Of a stretch of 25,739 nucleotides of DNA, positions 1 to 8,919 are shown piece by piece. Below the pieces are notes generated by a model. That model made no database searches. It had not been told where the DNA came from and saw only the letters and a program-made list of their open reading frames with translations. How positions within the stretch are numbered: the stretch's first letter is position 1; each line of letters begins with the position of its first letter. A program made the position numbers and the translations under genes. The DNA comes from a virus (Duplodnaviria; Caudoviricetes), in the IMG/VR virus record IMGVR_UViG_3300035540_000033, positions 1 through 25,739 of that record. One strand, written 5' to 3'.

Positions 1-1
1 A

Positions 2-385
2 ATTCAAACAATTTGTAGTAGGTTTTTGACCGAAGTATCTTGTTCCATATTTTGTCATTCTTGGTTTATTACACGATTTACATTTCCAAAAACCGTAAAT
101 ATTGAATACTTTTGATTTATTTTGATAATACCAATGAAGGGCAGTTCCTATGTCAAATTGGGTTTGAAGGCCAAAATCTACAAATGATTTCTGTTGGGCT
201 TGTGTCAAATAGCCCAGCGCATACTCGCGGGGACAGAATGTGCCAATTTCAGATATTCGGACTTGATTATATTTTTTAAATCTGGGAGATTTTTTTGTAT
301 TTAATAGTTGATGTGATAATATTTTTGGGTCATGTACCCCGTCACATGTTGTTTCTGTTCTTGTACTTGTTCCTATAAATTTCAT
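2..385 (-). CDS. Cas4-like / RecB-family PD-(D/E)XK exonuclease, N-terminal part (runs off the window edge)
   Basis: Manually translated; not in the ORF track. ATG at 385 overlaps the TGA of the upstream ORF (ATGA). Sequence MKFIGTS...RISEIGTFCPREYAL...FDIGTALHWYY...WKCKSC contains the S-x-I-G..C-P-R and G-T-x-x-H motifs typical of Cas4/RecB-like nuclease N-termini. Confidence 0.7.
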   Translation of the reverse strand, partial: MKFIGTSTRTETTCDGVHDPKILSHQLLNTKKSPRFKKYNQVRISEIGTFCPREYALGYLTQAQQKSFVDFGLQTQFDIGTALHWYYQNKSKVFNIYGFWKCKSCNKPRMTKYGTRYFGQKPTTNCLN

Positions 386-579
386 TCAGAAACCCCATAA
401 TGTTTTTTATTCAAATTATGACAAGCCAAAGAAGCATTTTCAAAATTAGAAATGTAAACAGTTTCTCCAGATTCAATATCCCCCACATACCATTTATCAG
501 TCAATCTATCACACTTTTTTTGGAATTTCATTTCAGATAGTTTTGGCATTTCTATTTGTTCTTTTATAATTTCAATCAT
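382..579 (-). CDS. Hypothetical protein (65 aa)
   Basis: ORF overlapping both neighbours by 4 nt; no recognisable motif. Confidence 0.6.
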   Translation of the reverse strand: MIEIIKEQIEMPKLSEMKFQKKCDRLTDKWYVGDIESGETVYISNFENASLACHNLNKKHYGVSE

Positions 580-1103
580 TTAATTCTATCATCCTGTCGT
601 CTGAACTTTTGCAAACATTTCTGAAAATAGGAAGGCAAAAGAATTACATTGGCCTTCTCTGACAATTTCTGCACTTTCGTTTTGCTGCCACTGTACCATA
701 ATCCTTTACATTCTATGTAAATTTCTTTATCTGGTATATAAAAATCTGGCGTATAATATTTGCCATTAATAAAAAAAGAATGTGGTTCGTACTTGAAGTT
801 CACATCATGCTTTTTTAAACATCTTGCCAGCCAAACTTCGTATAGGGATCTGTAAAAAGCTTTTGTAACTACATCGTATTGTTCAAAATCAAGGCCAACT
901 TTTGGAGAATTCTTCTGTATTGTAGGTGGAATTTTTTCGCATTGGTCTATATATTCTAAAAGACATTCATACGAACAAAATAATTCAAAATCATCTAATA
1001 CATTCAAAAAATCTTTTTTTGTTACTGAAAATTTTTTACCACACCAACAAATAAGCTCTTTTTTAATCTGTTTCGGCTTCCTGCCCGGTTTCAACTTCGC
1101 CAT
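576..1103 (-). CDS. T7 endonuclease I-like PD-(D/E)XK nuclease (putative Holliday junction resolvase) with N-terminal Zn finger
   Basis: YRSLYE..., FKYEP, YTPDF and YIECKG motifs; N-terminal CWC...FCSYEC cysteines. Confidence 0.75.
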   Translation of the reverse strand: MAKLKPGRKPKQIKKELICWCGKKFSVTKKDFLNVLDDFELFCSYECLLEYIDQCEKIPPTIQKNSPKVGLDFEQYDVVTKAFYRSLYEVWLARCLKKHDVNFKYEPHSFFINGKYYTPDFYIPDKEIYIECKGLWYSGSKTKVQKLSEKANVILLPSYFQKCLQKFRRQDDRIK

Positions 1104-2172
1104 TTATTAGTCCCCTCTTGTTTTCTGCTGCATATTCAATTATTCTGCGTTTTAATGTTAAATAATGTTGTGGGTCTCCTTTCCACATTGCCAGCATATC
1201 TTCTTTCTTACCATATTCATAATCAAATATTTTCCAGCCTTTTTTATCTAAAAGATCCAACCTTACAGCATGTTCAATTACTGTTTTATGATCACAAGAA
1301 TCTCCTATTTTATAGTCCTTTGTATCTTCCAAAGCTAACAAAAATTCGCCTTTACCTGCCAAAGTAAAAATTTTACGTTTAATACCTGGAGAAACAAGGC
1401 TCAAGGAATGTCTGCTATAAATAGGTAATTCTGTAACCGGATCAATCATATCACCTTTTACAGATAAACCTCCAAGCCTACATGACAAATGCCAATCATG
1501 TTTAGACGCATAACATCCCTGCATTTCTTCGGTGGGGCCGTAACCCCCTTTCAAACTTGCTCTGGCTTGATTAATTGCGACAAAACATGTATTAACCTTT
1601 TTCTTTTTGTTGATAAGTAGAGTGGACTTTACCTTATTCATAAGTCTAGTGTGAAGCTGCGCTCTTTTGCCCATATGATTTGTCAAGGCAGGATCGTAAA
1701 TTTCTGCTTCTGGTATTACCCTGGAAAAACTATCAAGAAGAACGATGCCACAATCATCCGCGTTAAGACATTCATATATAATATCAACACACTCTTCCCC
1801 TGTGGATGGTTCTGCCACAATTAGTTCGTCTATATTACACCCAAGTTGATGCGCCCTTTCGAGATCAAATCCCTCATTTGTAACCATTACAGATTTTTTC
1901 TTAATCTGATTATTGCATTTACAATCCCAAAGAAATTCAAAACAATTCCAACAAGTATTCTGCGCTAATCCAAGTAACTTTGTCGCCGAACTCGTTTTAG
2001 AACTCCCTGGAGGCCCCCAAAAAGCAGTAGTAACTCCTACTGGAATACCCCCTGTACAATAGTCTAAAGCAAAAATTCCTGTGTAAAGTCTCGGGAAATC
2101 TTTGCCGTAATCAGATTTCTTATAAAAAGCATAATCTTTTTTAGATTTCATTATTTCTTCTATTGTTGCCAT
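1063..2172 (-). CDS. recA: RecA/UvsX-family recombinase
   Basis: TGIFALDYCTGGIPVG, Walker A-like GPPGSSKT, EPSTGEE, Walker B IVLLDS, INQAR motif. Confidence 0.9.
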   Translation of the reverse strand: MATIEEIMKSKKDYAFYKKSDYGKDFPRLYTGIFALDYCTGGIPVGVTTAFWGPPGSSKTSSATKLLGLAQNTCWNCFEFLWDCKCNNQIKKKSVMVTNEGFDLERAHQLGCNIDELIVAEPSTGEECVDIIYECLNADDCGIVLLDSFSRVIPEAEIYDPALTNHMGKRAQLHTRLMNKVKSTLLINKKKKVNTCFVAINQARASLKGGYGPTEEMQGCYASKHDWHLSCRLGGLSVKGDMIDPVTELPIYSRHSLSLVSPGIKRKIFTLAGKGEFLLALEDTKDYKIGDSCDHKTVIEHAVRLDLLDKKGWKIFDYEYGKKEDMLAMWKGDPQHYLTLKRRIIEYAAENKRGLINGEVETGQEAETD

Positions 2173-2174
2173 AC

Positions 2175-2507
2175 CTATCCTTCCAATTCCGCGATTTCGG
2201 CAATAAGGCGTTTGTCAAGCCAATTTTTTAATTTTTCGTAGGATTCATTGATTTCTTCTGGAATACAAGGGTAGGTGATTGATATAGAAATTTTGGCCGA
2301 GGAATAATTGGGGAGCCCCTTTGTCATTCCGGCTGTGATGTTTAGATAGGCAGGATTTCCTTCGTTCATTGCGGTTGGCAAATATTCATCTTTATCTTTC
2401 ACTGTTGTTTCCTCTTTTGTCATATTATCTTTAAGTATTACTGATGTGTGCGCCTTGCATTCAAAGACCCAGGCCCCCTTCCTGCCAGTTATTCCATAAA
2501 TATTCAC
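2175..2507 (-). CDS. Hypothetical phage protein
   Basis: GTG start preceded by AAGGAG; 110 aa ORF in the replication operon. Confidence 0.6.
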   Translation of the reverse strand: MNIYGITGRKGAWVFECKAHTSVILKDNMTKEETTVKDKDEYLPTAMNEGNPAYLNITAGMTKGLPNYSSAKISISITYPCIPEEINESYEKLKNWLDKRLIAEIAELEG

Positions 2508-2973
2508 TTCTCTCCTTCAATGGCTTTCTTTTTCTTTTTTTTCCACTATGCCACAAATTGTTTATCATTTTAATCTGTCTGTGAGATAAATAATATCTGT
2601 TCCTGCCTGTTTTTGTCTTTCTTATTAAAATTGGTTTAGGTATAATTCCTCTATCCATATATTGACAGATAGTTGTGTATTTTAAGTTACTAATTAAATT
2701 CTGCAATGCCCATTTTGCCTTATATAACCTCTGGCCTTCGACAATTATCATTCTCGTGCCATCTATGAGTGGCTTCTTTATTCTTGCTTCTCGATCCATT
2801 CTATGTTTCTTTGTTCGTCCTGCTTCTTGCGCCATTATCATTCTTCGGCGCATATCTTTTTTTTGTTTTTCGTACCTTTCTCCACTATAATATTGTCGAA
2901 AATATTCTTTTCGTTCCTTATTTATTTCCCTGTATTTTGCTCTTTGTCTTCGTTTTTCTTTTTTCCCTACCAT
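2461..2973 (-). CDS. Basic putative DNA-binding protein (possible MerR-like HTH)
   Basis: Very K/R-rich; the segment YTTICQYMDRGIIPKP...GRNRYY resembles a MerR-type wHTH. Confidence 0.5.
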   Translation of the reverse strand: MVGKKEKRRQRAKYREINKERKEYFRQYYSGERYEKQKKDMRRRMIMAQEAGRTKKHRMDREARIKKPLIDGTRMIIVEGQRLYKAKWALQNLISNLKYTTICQYMDRGIIPKPILIRKTKTGRNRYYLSHRQIKMINNLWHSGKKRKRKPLKERSEYLWNNWQEGGLGL

Positions 2974-2975
2974 TC

Positions 2976-5228
2976 CTACCTCGCAATATAGGCAGTGTTA
3001 AACCCTTCTTTTTGATACCATTTGCTTCTTGATGCTTTCCATCTCCGGGCTTCTGCATAATGGGTGTCAATGATGTCAATTACAACTGGATCTGGCATAA
3101 TTGGGTTTATCCTTCTTGCCCGGCCTACCATTTGTGTCACATTAGAACTTGGGGTGGCGAAAATTACACCCCTTAATGTATCTATGTCTATGCCGATTTC
3201 AAGCATTTTCTTTGTTGCCAAAATGCAGCTTGCCTCTTTCTCAATCCGTTTCTTTTCCTTGTCTGGTGTTTTACCTATGTATAGGCCGGTATCATCATGG
3301 CCTTTTTCTATGAGCATTTGTTGAATTTCTTCTAACTGGGAAATTCTGTCACCAATTACAAGAGTTTGGATACCCTTATTGATTAAAATATCTGCAAAAT
3401 AAGTTATGATATTATTCCTGTCTGAATTATTTGCTAACATAGACAACAGAAAAGCGCGTCTTTTAATTACGTCGTACTGGTCAATCCAAATAGGAAATTT
3501 ACCAGAAGTTTCTTTATATTCGAAATAAAATACATCTGGTTTTGGTTGGGTTTTCTTTTCTGATGATATTATATGTTTGCCAAGATGATGAAAATAAACA
3601 TCTTGCATACCATCTTGCCGTTCCAATGTTGCCGATGCCCCGCATCTATGCTTTGCTTTGAACAATGAAAGAACTTTTGAAAACTCTTTTGCTCCCGTGG
3701 AGTGACAATTTCCAGTAATAAATATTTTATTATTGCGTCTTACAACTATATTACCATCTGGTACAGTAACACAATAAACTTTACCCTCGTAGGGCACATA
3801 CTTCTTTTCAAGTCCTCTATTATCTGCACATTTAGTTACAGAATCAGCCCATTTAATTCTATGGGGGGCGGAGTTTTCCGGTTTTATTTTAGGTATTTTG
3901 GAATAATTACTATTTTTACCTGCTAAAAAAGCTATAGTTTGAACAATTGTTACATTGGGATAATTACAATTTTCATAAAATCTTGCCTTTGTTGTTTTCA
4001 TTTGCTTTTTAGCTTGCCAACCATCCCACCTATACAATTCATCTAAAAATTCTTCATAATAATTAGCCCCTTTTGTAAAAGAAACCCATTCAAAACTCTT
4101 AGATAAGTTAAAATTTTTACCTACCTTAACGCATATATTACAATCTCCTCTCTGATTATAAGTTTTTGTATATTCCTTCCCCCATTCAGATAAAATATAT
4201 TCACACCTATCTATCTTTCTTTGTTTTCTAAAAGAAAATCTAACTGTCTTTTTTCCATTCTTGGCTTTATATAAAAAATGACCATCTGCTTGAAACATTA
4301 TTTTAAATCTATCAGAAAATGACAACTTGCCTTTACTGTCATTATAACAAGATATAGGAAATAACCTTCTAGTATTAAGATTTAACTCACTTAAAGTTAT
4401 TTTACGTGGTTTATTACCATATTCGTAAACAAGTTGTTCGTGATTCGGGGTTCCTAAAAGATCATAATACTTCCCTGTTATATTTACTAAATCTCCTTCA
4501 TAATCATTACAAATAACTCGTTCTGGATTTACAAAAGTAACTTTCTTAGTTTCAGCATTAAACTGTGCTACTTTATGATCAACCGTAACATCCTTTATAG
4601 AAATCCATCCCTTGTCGGTCAAAATATCATGAGAAGGATGTAAACATTCATCTATAATGACGAGGCCGAAATGATCTTTAAATTCTTCGGGATATTTGTC
4701 CTTGCATAAAGAATGAACAAGGCCAATACAGCCTGTCTTGTCTTCGTATTCGCATTTATCCTGCCTAACTATACCAATATCATCTTCAGTTAAAGTGGTA
4801 AATTTTTTAATTTGGTCAATCCAATATGTCATCAATCTTTCGAGGGGTACGATCACAAGGAAAGGAACTTTAAGTTCACATGCAATCTTAATCATAATGA
4901 TTGTTTTTCCAACACCAGTATCTGCTTTTATAATCCAATCATCTATACCAGCAGTTCTACGAATATCCCAATCATCTATCATGTTTTTTTGAATCTGTCT
5001 TAGTTCGCCTGTAAATTCAAAATTTTTCTGTTTTGGTAAAATTCTTTCATCTTTTGTGCCTTCCGGGATTTCCTGAATATTTCTTGGAAGACCTATCCAA
5101 TCATCAGTTTCAATGCAAGTGATAATTGGATCTTTATCATATTTAGAAGTAACCCTACATTTCGCCTTTACCCCGGACATATTCGAAATGTCCTTTTTTG
5201 GCACCCATAAAAAATTTGAAAATATCAT
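2976..5228 (-). CDS. SF2 DExH helicase (UvsW/D10-like) containing an intein
   Basis: LRQIQ Q-motif, ADTGVGKT Walker A, IIDE|CH Walker B split by the intein, GASATLER motif III, GIDI, QMVGRARR motif VI. Confidence 0.9.
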   Translation of the reverse strand: MIFSNFLWVPKKDISNMSGVKAKCRVTSKYDKDPIITCIETDDWIGLPRNIQEIPEGTKDERILPKQKNFEFTGELRQIQKNMIDDWDIRRTAGIDDWIIKADTGVGKTIIMIKIACELKVPFLVIVPLERLMTYWIDQIKKFTTLTEDDIGIVRQDKCEYEDKTGCIGLVHSLCKDKYPEEFKDHFGLVIIDECLHPSHDILTDKGWISIKDVTVDHKVAQFNAETKKVTFVNPERVICNDYEGDLVNITGKYYDLLGTPNHEQLVYEYGNKPRKITLSELNLNTRRLFPISCYNDSKGKLSFSDRFKIMFQADGHFLYKAKNGKKTVRFSFRKQRKIDRCEYILSEWGKEYTKTYNQRGDCNICVKVGKNFNLSKSFEWVSFTKGANYYEEFLDELYRWDGWQAKKQMKTTKARFYENCNYPNVTIVQTIAFLAGKNSNYSKIPKIKPENSAPHRIKWADSVTKCADNRGLEKKYVPYEGKVYCVTVPDGNIVVRRNNKIFITGNCHSTGAKEFSKVLSLFKAKHRCGASATLERQDGMQDVYFHHLGKHIISSEKKTQPKPDVFYFEYKETSGKFPIWIDQYDVIKRRAFLLSMLANNSDRNNIITYFADILINKGIQTLVIGDRISQLEEIQQMLIEKGHDDTGLYIGKTPDKEKKRIEKEASCILATKKMLEIGIDIDTLRGVIFATPSSNVTQMVGRARRINPIMPDPVVIDIIDTHYAEARRWKASRSKWYQKEGFNTAYIAR
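3708..4646 (-). mobile_element. Intein (313 aa) with LAGLIDADG-type endonuclease region
   Basis: Starts CLHPSHDILTDKGW, block B TPNH, ends VYCVTVPDGNIVVRRNNKIFITGN followed by C+1. Internal MFQADG and FLDELYRWDG resemble LAGLIDADG motifs. Removal restores DECH. Confidence 0.92.
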
Positions 5229-5249
5229 TTTTAACCTTTTTAATAAAAA

Positions 5250-5324
5250 GCCGATTCCACAAACGTCTTTGTGGCGATATCTGTTAATTCAGATCAATGA
5301 TGCGCTATAAAGAAGCGTTCCGGC
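5250..5324. other. Intergenic three-hairpin / four-way-junction structure
   Basis: Closing stem GCCG(5250-53)/CGGC(5321-24); hairpins CCACAAA/TTTGTGG, ATCTG/CAGAT and CGCT/AGCG; T-run follows on the minus strand. Confidence 0.45.
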
Positions 5325-5341
5325 GTAAGTTATATCAAGTA

Positions 5342-6049
5342 TTAGAGCATGTCTGCCAAGGATTCTTTTTTGGGTTCGTCGGAATAAGATTCGGAAGAAC
5401 CTATAGGATCAGAAATGCCGATAAGCTTCCTAATTTCCGAGGCTGATTTGGGTTTAAACAATTCTGCATAATCAAAAGGCTTAATCCATTCGTTAGCGTC
5501 TTGTCCCTCTGGGCAGAATTTTTTAAGAACTTCTACATCAACATCTTTTTCAAATTCTACATCCGTCCCTGTGGCCTCCCCTTTTTGGTCACTGGATCTA
5601 AAAATTTCAAATTTCTTATATTTAAGTCCACCAAGTTTTTCCTGCTTCCTAAGAAATCTTTCCGTACCGCCTTTCTTTAAAACAATAATCTTCTTCCTTG
5701 GCCCTGTTTTTGTGCCATCTTTCTTTGTATACTCAGTAAAATCAATGATACTGGCAACAGATACTAAGGAAGCATTATTGCCGTTTTCACAAAGAGGGCA
5801 TTCACCTTCAATATCTCTAATACATGTTTCGTAATTATAATAATTTGTTTTGCCGTTTACATTTCTCGAATATTGATGTTCCAGCAGAAATGCATCAATA
5901 TCGTCAAGAAAAACTACATAACCGGTAGAACTGGGAGATAATTTAAATCTCCATTCTCTTACATTACCTTGTTCTGCCTGTTCTTTCTGGCGTTGTTTCT
6001 CTTCTTCGAAAAATTTTCTACCTTCGTCACCTGATTTCAAAAAATTCAT
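5342..6049 (-). CDS. Single-stranded DNA-binding protein, T4 gp32-like
   Basis: H...TC(x)7CPLC Zn motif, acidic C-terminal tail, and position between primase and helicase. Confidence 0.7.
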   Translation of the reverse strand: MNFLKSGDEGRKFFEEEKQRQKEQAEQGNVREWRFKLSPSSTGYVVFLDDIDAFLLEHQYSRNVNGKTNYYNYETCIRDIEGECPLCENGNNASLVSVASIIDFTEYTKKDGTKTGPRKKIIVLKKGGTERFLRKQEKLGGLKYKKFEIFRSSDQKGEATGTDVEFEKDVDVEVLKKFCPEGQDANEWIKPFDYAELFKPKSASEIRKLIGISDPIGSSESYSDEPKKESLADML

Positions 6050-7041
6050 ATCTTATTTCTCCATTTGTCTTGGAACTTAAAGTTCCGTTTGTTGATTTGT
6101 AAGACTTTTTTTAAGTCTTCTTTTGATTTAATTTCCCCAGGATCTTTACATCCTATAATTGACCAATCTAACGATTGAATGGGCTTATTAAAAACCCGTT
6201 CAACTGCTCTGTGAAATTTAAGTCCTGCTGAATCAGAATCAAACCCAGTAATTACTACTAAATTTTTTAATCTTTGTAACTTTTTAGATTTGTAGCTTAC
6301 CCCTCCATGAGTTGCTATTACATTTGTCAATCCCAATGTTTTTAACCTAAGTACATCAAATGCCCCTTCAACTAAAATAACTGGTTTTGTTATATCCAGG
6401 TATTCTATTCCAAAAAAAGAATCTTCGCGCCCCCATTCTAAATCAACCCCAAAATGCTTTGACTTTCCATGCCAAAATTTCTTACCGTCTACCGACCTAT
6501 AATGAATCCAGTAAGTTTTAAAATCCTTATCTCTTATAGGAACAAGAACTGCGTTTTCCCAAATAGAATTTGTATGGGTCAGAAACTTTCTACAATAAAG
6601 TAACCCATGTTCTTTGGCAATATTTAAGTCAATCCTTCTACTTTCAATATAATTTTTGGCATTTTCTATTGGTTCAAATAATTGTAATACTTCGTCTGGG
6701 ACCGGAAGTGGCTCTTGTTTTCCAAAAACTTTTTCTTTGTATGTGATGACTTCCTTCTGGTCTGATACTTCATGTGTAATATACTGTTTAAATAAATCTA
6801 CACCTTTCTTCCATTTAAACGTACTAAGGATTGATTCTATACTTCTTGTCCCACATACAAAACAATGAAATACAGACTGTCCGGTATCATTTACTTTGAA
6901 CCCTGCGGAAGGGTTACTGTCTTTCTTCGACATATGGTTGGTATCAGCCAATGGACAACTTACTTTTATCCAATCATCAATAACGTCTATTGGCTGAATT
7001 CCCAACCCATACAACAAATTTAATAAATCCTTTTTAATCAT
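6046..7041 (-). CDS. DNA primase (CHC2-type Zn finger + Toprim)
   Basis: CPL..H..NPS..FHCFVCG; VEGAFD; FDSDSAG; KDPGE. Confidence 0.9.
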   Translation of the reverse strand: MIKKDLLNLLYGLGIQPIDVIDDWIKVSCPLADTNHMSKKDSNPSAGFKVNDTGQSVFHCFVCGTRSIESILSTFKWKKGVDLFKQYITHEVSDQKEVITYKEKVFGKQEPLPVPDEVLQLFEPIENAKNYIESRRIDLNIAKEHGLLYCRKFLTHTNSIWENAVLVPIRDKDFKTYWIHYRSVDGKKFWHGKSKHFGVDLEWGREDSFFGIEYLDITKPVILVEGAFDVLRLKTLGLTNVIATHGGVSYKSKKLQRLKNLVVITGFDSDSAGLKFHRAVERVFNKPIQSLDWSIIGCKDPGEIKSKEDLKKVLQINKRNFKFQDKWRNKI

Positions 7042-7089
7042 AGTATAAATATGAGACTTTATAGTTATATGTCAAGTAAAATACCCATT

Positions 7090-7422
7090 TTATTCTGCTT
7101 TTCCAAAAGCCACTATTCTGCCATCTACCATCAATAAATATAATTCACCAGATTTATTATCCATAAAACCAATATATTCCTTGCCATCGGTTTTATCCCA
7201 GGATTTTACTACGACGTAAGTATCACCAGATTCTATAAATTCGTCGAACAATGTTTTTAACCTGGAAACGTCTACCGTAGAAATCCCAAAACTTGTTTCA
7301 GAAGAATTACCACCAATATTTGAAATGTCTATGATATCAATATATTCAAATATAGCTTCCTTCGGCCCTGCAAAACATGCTGTCGTCATCAGAATTATTA
7401 TTACTACGATTAATTTTTTCAT
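7090..7422 (-). CDS. Exported protein or lipoprotein, unknown function
   Basis: MKK + hydrophobic stretch + TTAC/CFA gives a signal peptide or lipobox. Confidence 0.6.
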   Translation of the reverse strand: MKKLIVVIIILMTTACFAGPKEAIFEYIDIIDISNIGGNSSETSFGISTVDVSRLKTLFDEFIESGDTYVVVKSWDKTDGKEYIGFMDNKSGELYLLMVDGRIVAFGKAE

Positions 7423-7425
7423 ATT

Positions 7426-7977
7426 TCATTTTCCTTTCGGCTTGAGTTGAATTGTATCTACATAAAACCCAGTGTGATAATCAGATATTCTATCTTTTGC
7501 TATTTGTTCTGTAGGATATGGTATGCCTATGTCTGCCCCCTTCTTTTCGTTAAAATAAATATTCACCCAAGGGTATCTTTTAGGTTCTGCCGGGGTGATA
7601 TTAATTTCTGTACCTTTGTGGTACAGGGATGGAATTATATCAGATTCCATCCAATATCCCTTTTCTGTGTAGGTTTCACAAGCATGAGTATCCAAATAAA
7701 CTTCTACCGAAAACTCTCCTTCCTTAGCAGTTTCGATAACCGTACCTGCCCCCCTTGTCACATCAAAGACTTTATCCCCTACTTTAAAATCCATGTTATG
7801 CTCCTTTTTGTTTAATGTTTTTGCATATTTCAAAACAGCTTTTTTAGCTTCCAATTTACTATAAAATCTACCAATTTCATTGGCCTGTGTTTCATCCCAG
7901 GCAATATATTTCTCATCCTTTCCATCAAACGTAATAAATTTTATTACCCAATCATCATTTTCGTAATTCGTGCTCAT
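7426..7977 (-). CDS. Hypothetical protein, possibly two fused ORFs (internal start at 7794)
   Basis: Internal AAGGAG-6nt-ATG before MDFKVGDKV. Confidence 0.6.
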   Translation of the reverse strand: MSTNYENDDWVIKFITFDGKDEKYIAWDETQANEIGRFYSKLEAKKAVLKYAKTLNKKEHNMDFKVGDKVFDVTRGAGTVIETAKEGEFSVEVYLDTHACETYTEKGYWMESDIIPSLYHKGTEINITPAEPKRYPWVNIYFNEKKGADIGIPYPTEQIAKDRISDYHTGFYVDTIQLKPKGK

Positions 7978-8061
7978 TTAGAATATTCCTTTTGTTGTTC
8001 TTTAAGTGCAGATTAGATATATAGATTAAAGTTATTCCCTAATCTGCACATACGGTTAGTT

Positions 8062-8358
8062 TTAAGCTACCAAATCTGGATATTCGTAAGATTCTGATAC
8101 TAACGTACTAATATATTCTTTCGTGTCTGTAATGGCCCGTAAAAGAGCTGGAAAGCTATTTGCCTCTGAATCAATAATTTCCAAATGAACAATCTTATTT
8201 AAAACATTTTCTAATTTGGAATAATATCCTAATGGGCTAAACACTTCTTCCCCTTTTCGTTTCCCCGTTTTGGGAATTGTAATTTCATTTAAAATAAATT
8301 GTTTATCATCTCCAACCAATTCATAATTACGCCTTTTTCCATTAAATCTGATTTTCAT
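8062..8358 (-). CDS. Small phage protein, DUF5405-like
   Basis: AAGGAG RBS; pattern D..QFILNE...GKRKGEE...LGYYSKL. Confidence 0.55.
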   Translation of the reverse strand: MKIRFNGKRRNYELVGDDKQFILNEITIPKTGKRKGEEVFSPLGYYSKLENVLNKIVHLEIIDSEANSFPALLRAITDTKEYISTLVSESYEYPDLVA

Positions 8359-8456
8359 TTAAAATCTCCTTTTATTATTTGGTTCTTTATTCATGTTCTG
8401 CGAGATTCTGGTGCTGTTTTAGCGATGTTTGTTACTTTTCAATGTAATGGTATCAA

Positions 8457-8663
8457 CTATACTGCGTAATCCCCCAAATCGTGCTGTTTTAACCATTTTC
8501 GCTTCAAAGTATTCCAAAAATCATATCCTTCCTTCGTTTTATGGAAATCAAAAGTGTCAAAATAATATTTTGGATTTACATCGTATAAGCTTGCTTCCAT
8601 ATTTTCTTTGTATCTTGATAGACAATCGTGGTTTTTTAAAAATACGGTAAATTCTTTAATCAT
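8457..8663 (-). CDS. Hypothetical protein (68 aa)
   Basis: ORF directly downstream of a sigma70-like promoter. Confidence 0.55.
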   Translation of the reverse strand: MIKEFTVFLKNHDCLSRYKENMEASLYDVNPKYYFDTFDFHKTKEGYDFWNTLKRKWLKQHDLGDYAV

Positions 8664-8692
8664 TTAAAATCCCATTTCTTATTGTTTAACTG

Positions 8693-8721
8693 ATACTACC
8701 ATAATCATTTGATATTGTCAA
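8693..8721 (-). promoter_or_regulatory. Sigma70-type promoter
   Basis: TTGACA-17 bp-TAGTAT with an extended TG. Confidence 0.7.
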
Positions 8722-8724
8722 TGA

Positions 8725-8886
8725 TTATTTTTTAATTTTCCATTCGTATCCACAATTAGGGCATTTTGCATTATAATAAGATTTACCATTAAATTCATGT
8801 ACAATACGAATTCCATGTATTTGTTCCCACAATACTACAATTTTATGCTTGCACTCTGGGCAAATTTTACTAATAGTTGTTTCCAT
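8725..8886 (-). CDS. Zn-ribbon mini-protein (53 aa)
   Basis: Manually translated: METTISKICPECKH...AKCPNCGYEWKIKK, with two CxxC pairs; GAGG RBS. Confidence 0.65.
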   Translation of the reverse strand: METTISKICPECKHKIVVLWEQIHGIRIVHEFNGKSYYNAKCPNCGYEWKIKK

Positions 8887-8919
8887 ATCTATCCTCTTGT
8901 TCATTGTACTTGAAGTACG

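Noticed and set aside
5250-5324. tRNA gene
   Set aside because: tRNA-sized cloverleaf, but with only a 4-5 bp closing stem, no TTC T-loop, a 6-nt middle loop and no CCA.
7041-7075. Promoter upstream of primase
   Set aside because: TTGACA is present at 7070-7075, but there is no convincing -10 at 16-18 bp spacing.
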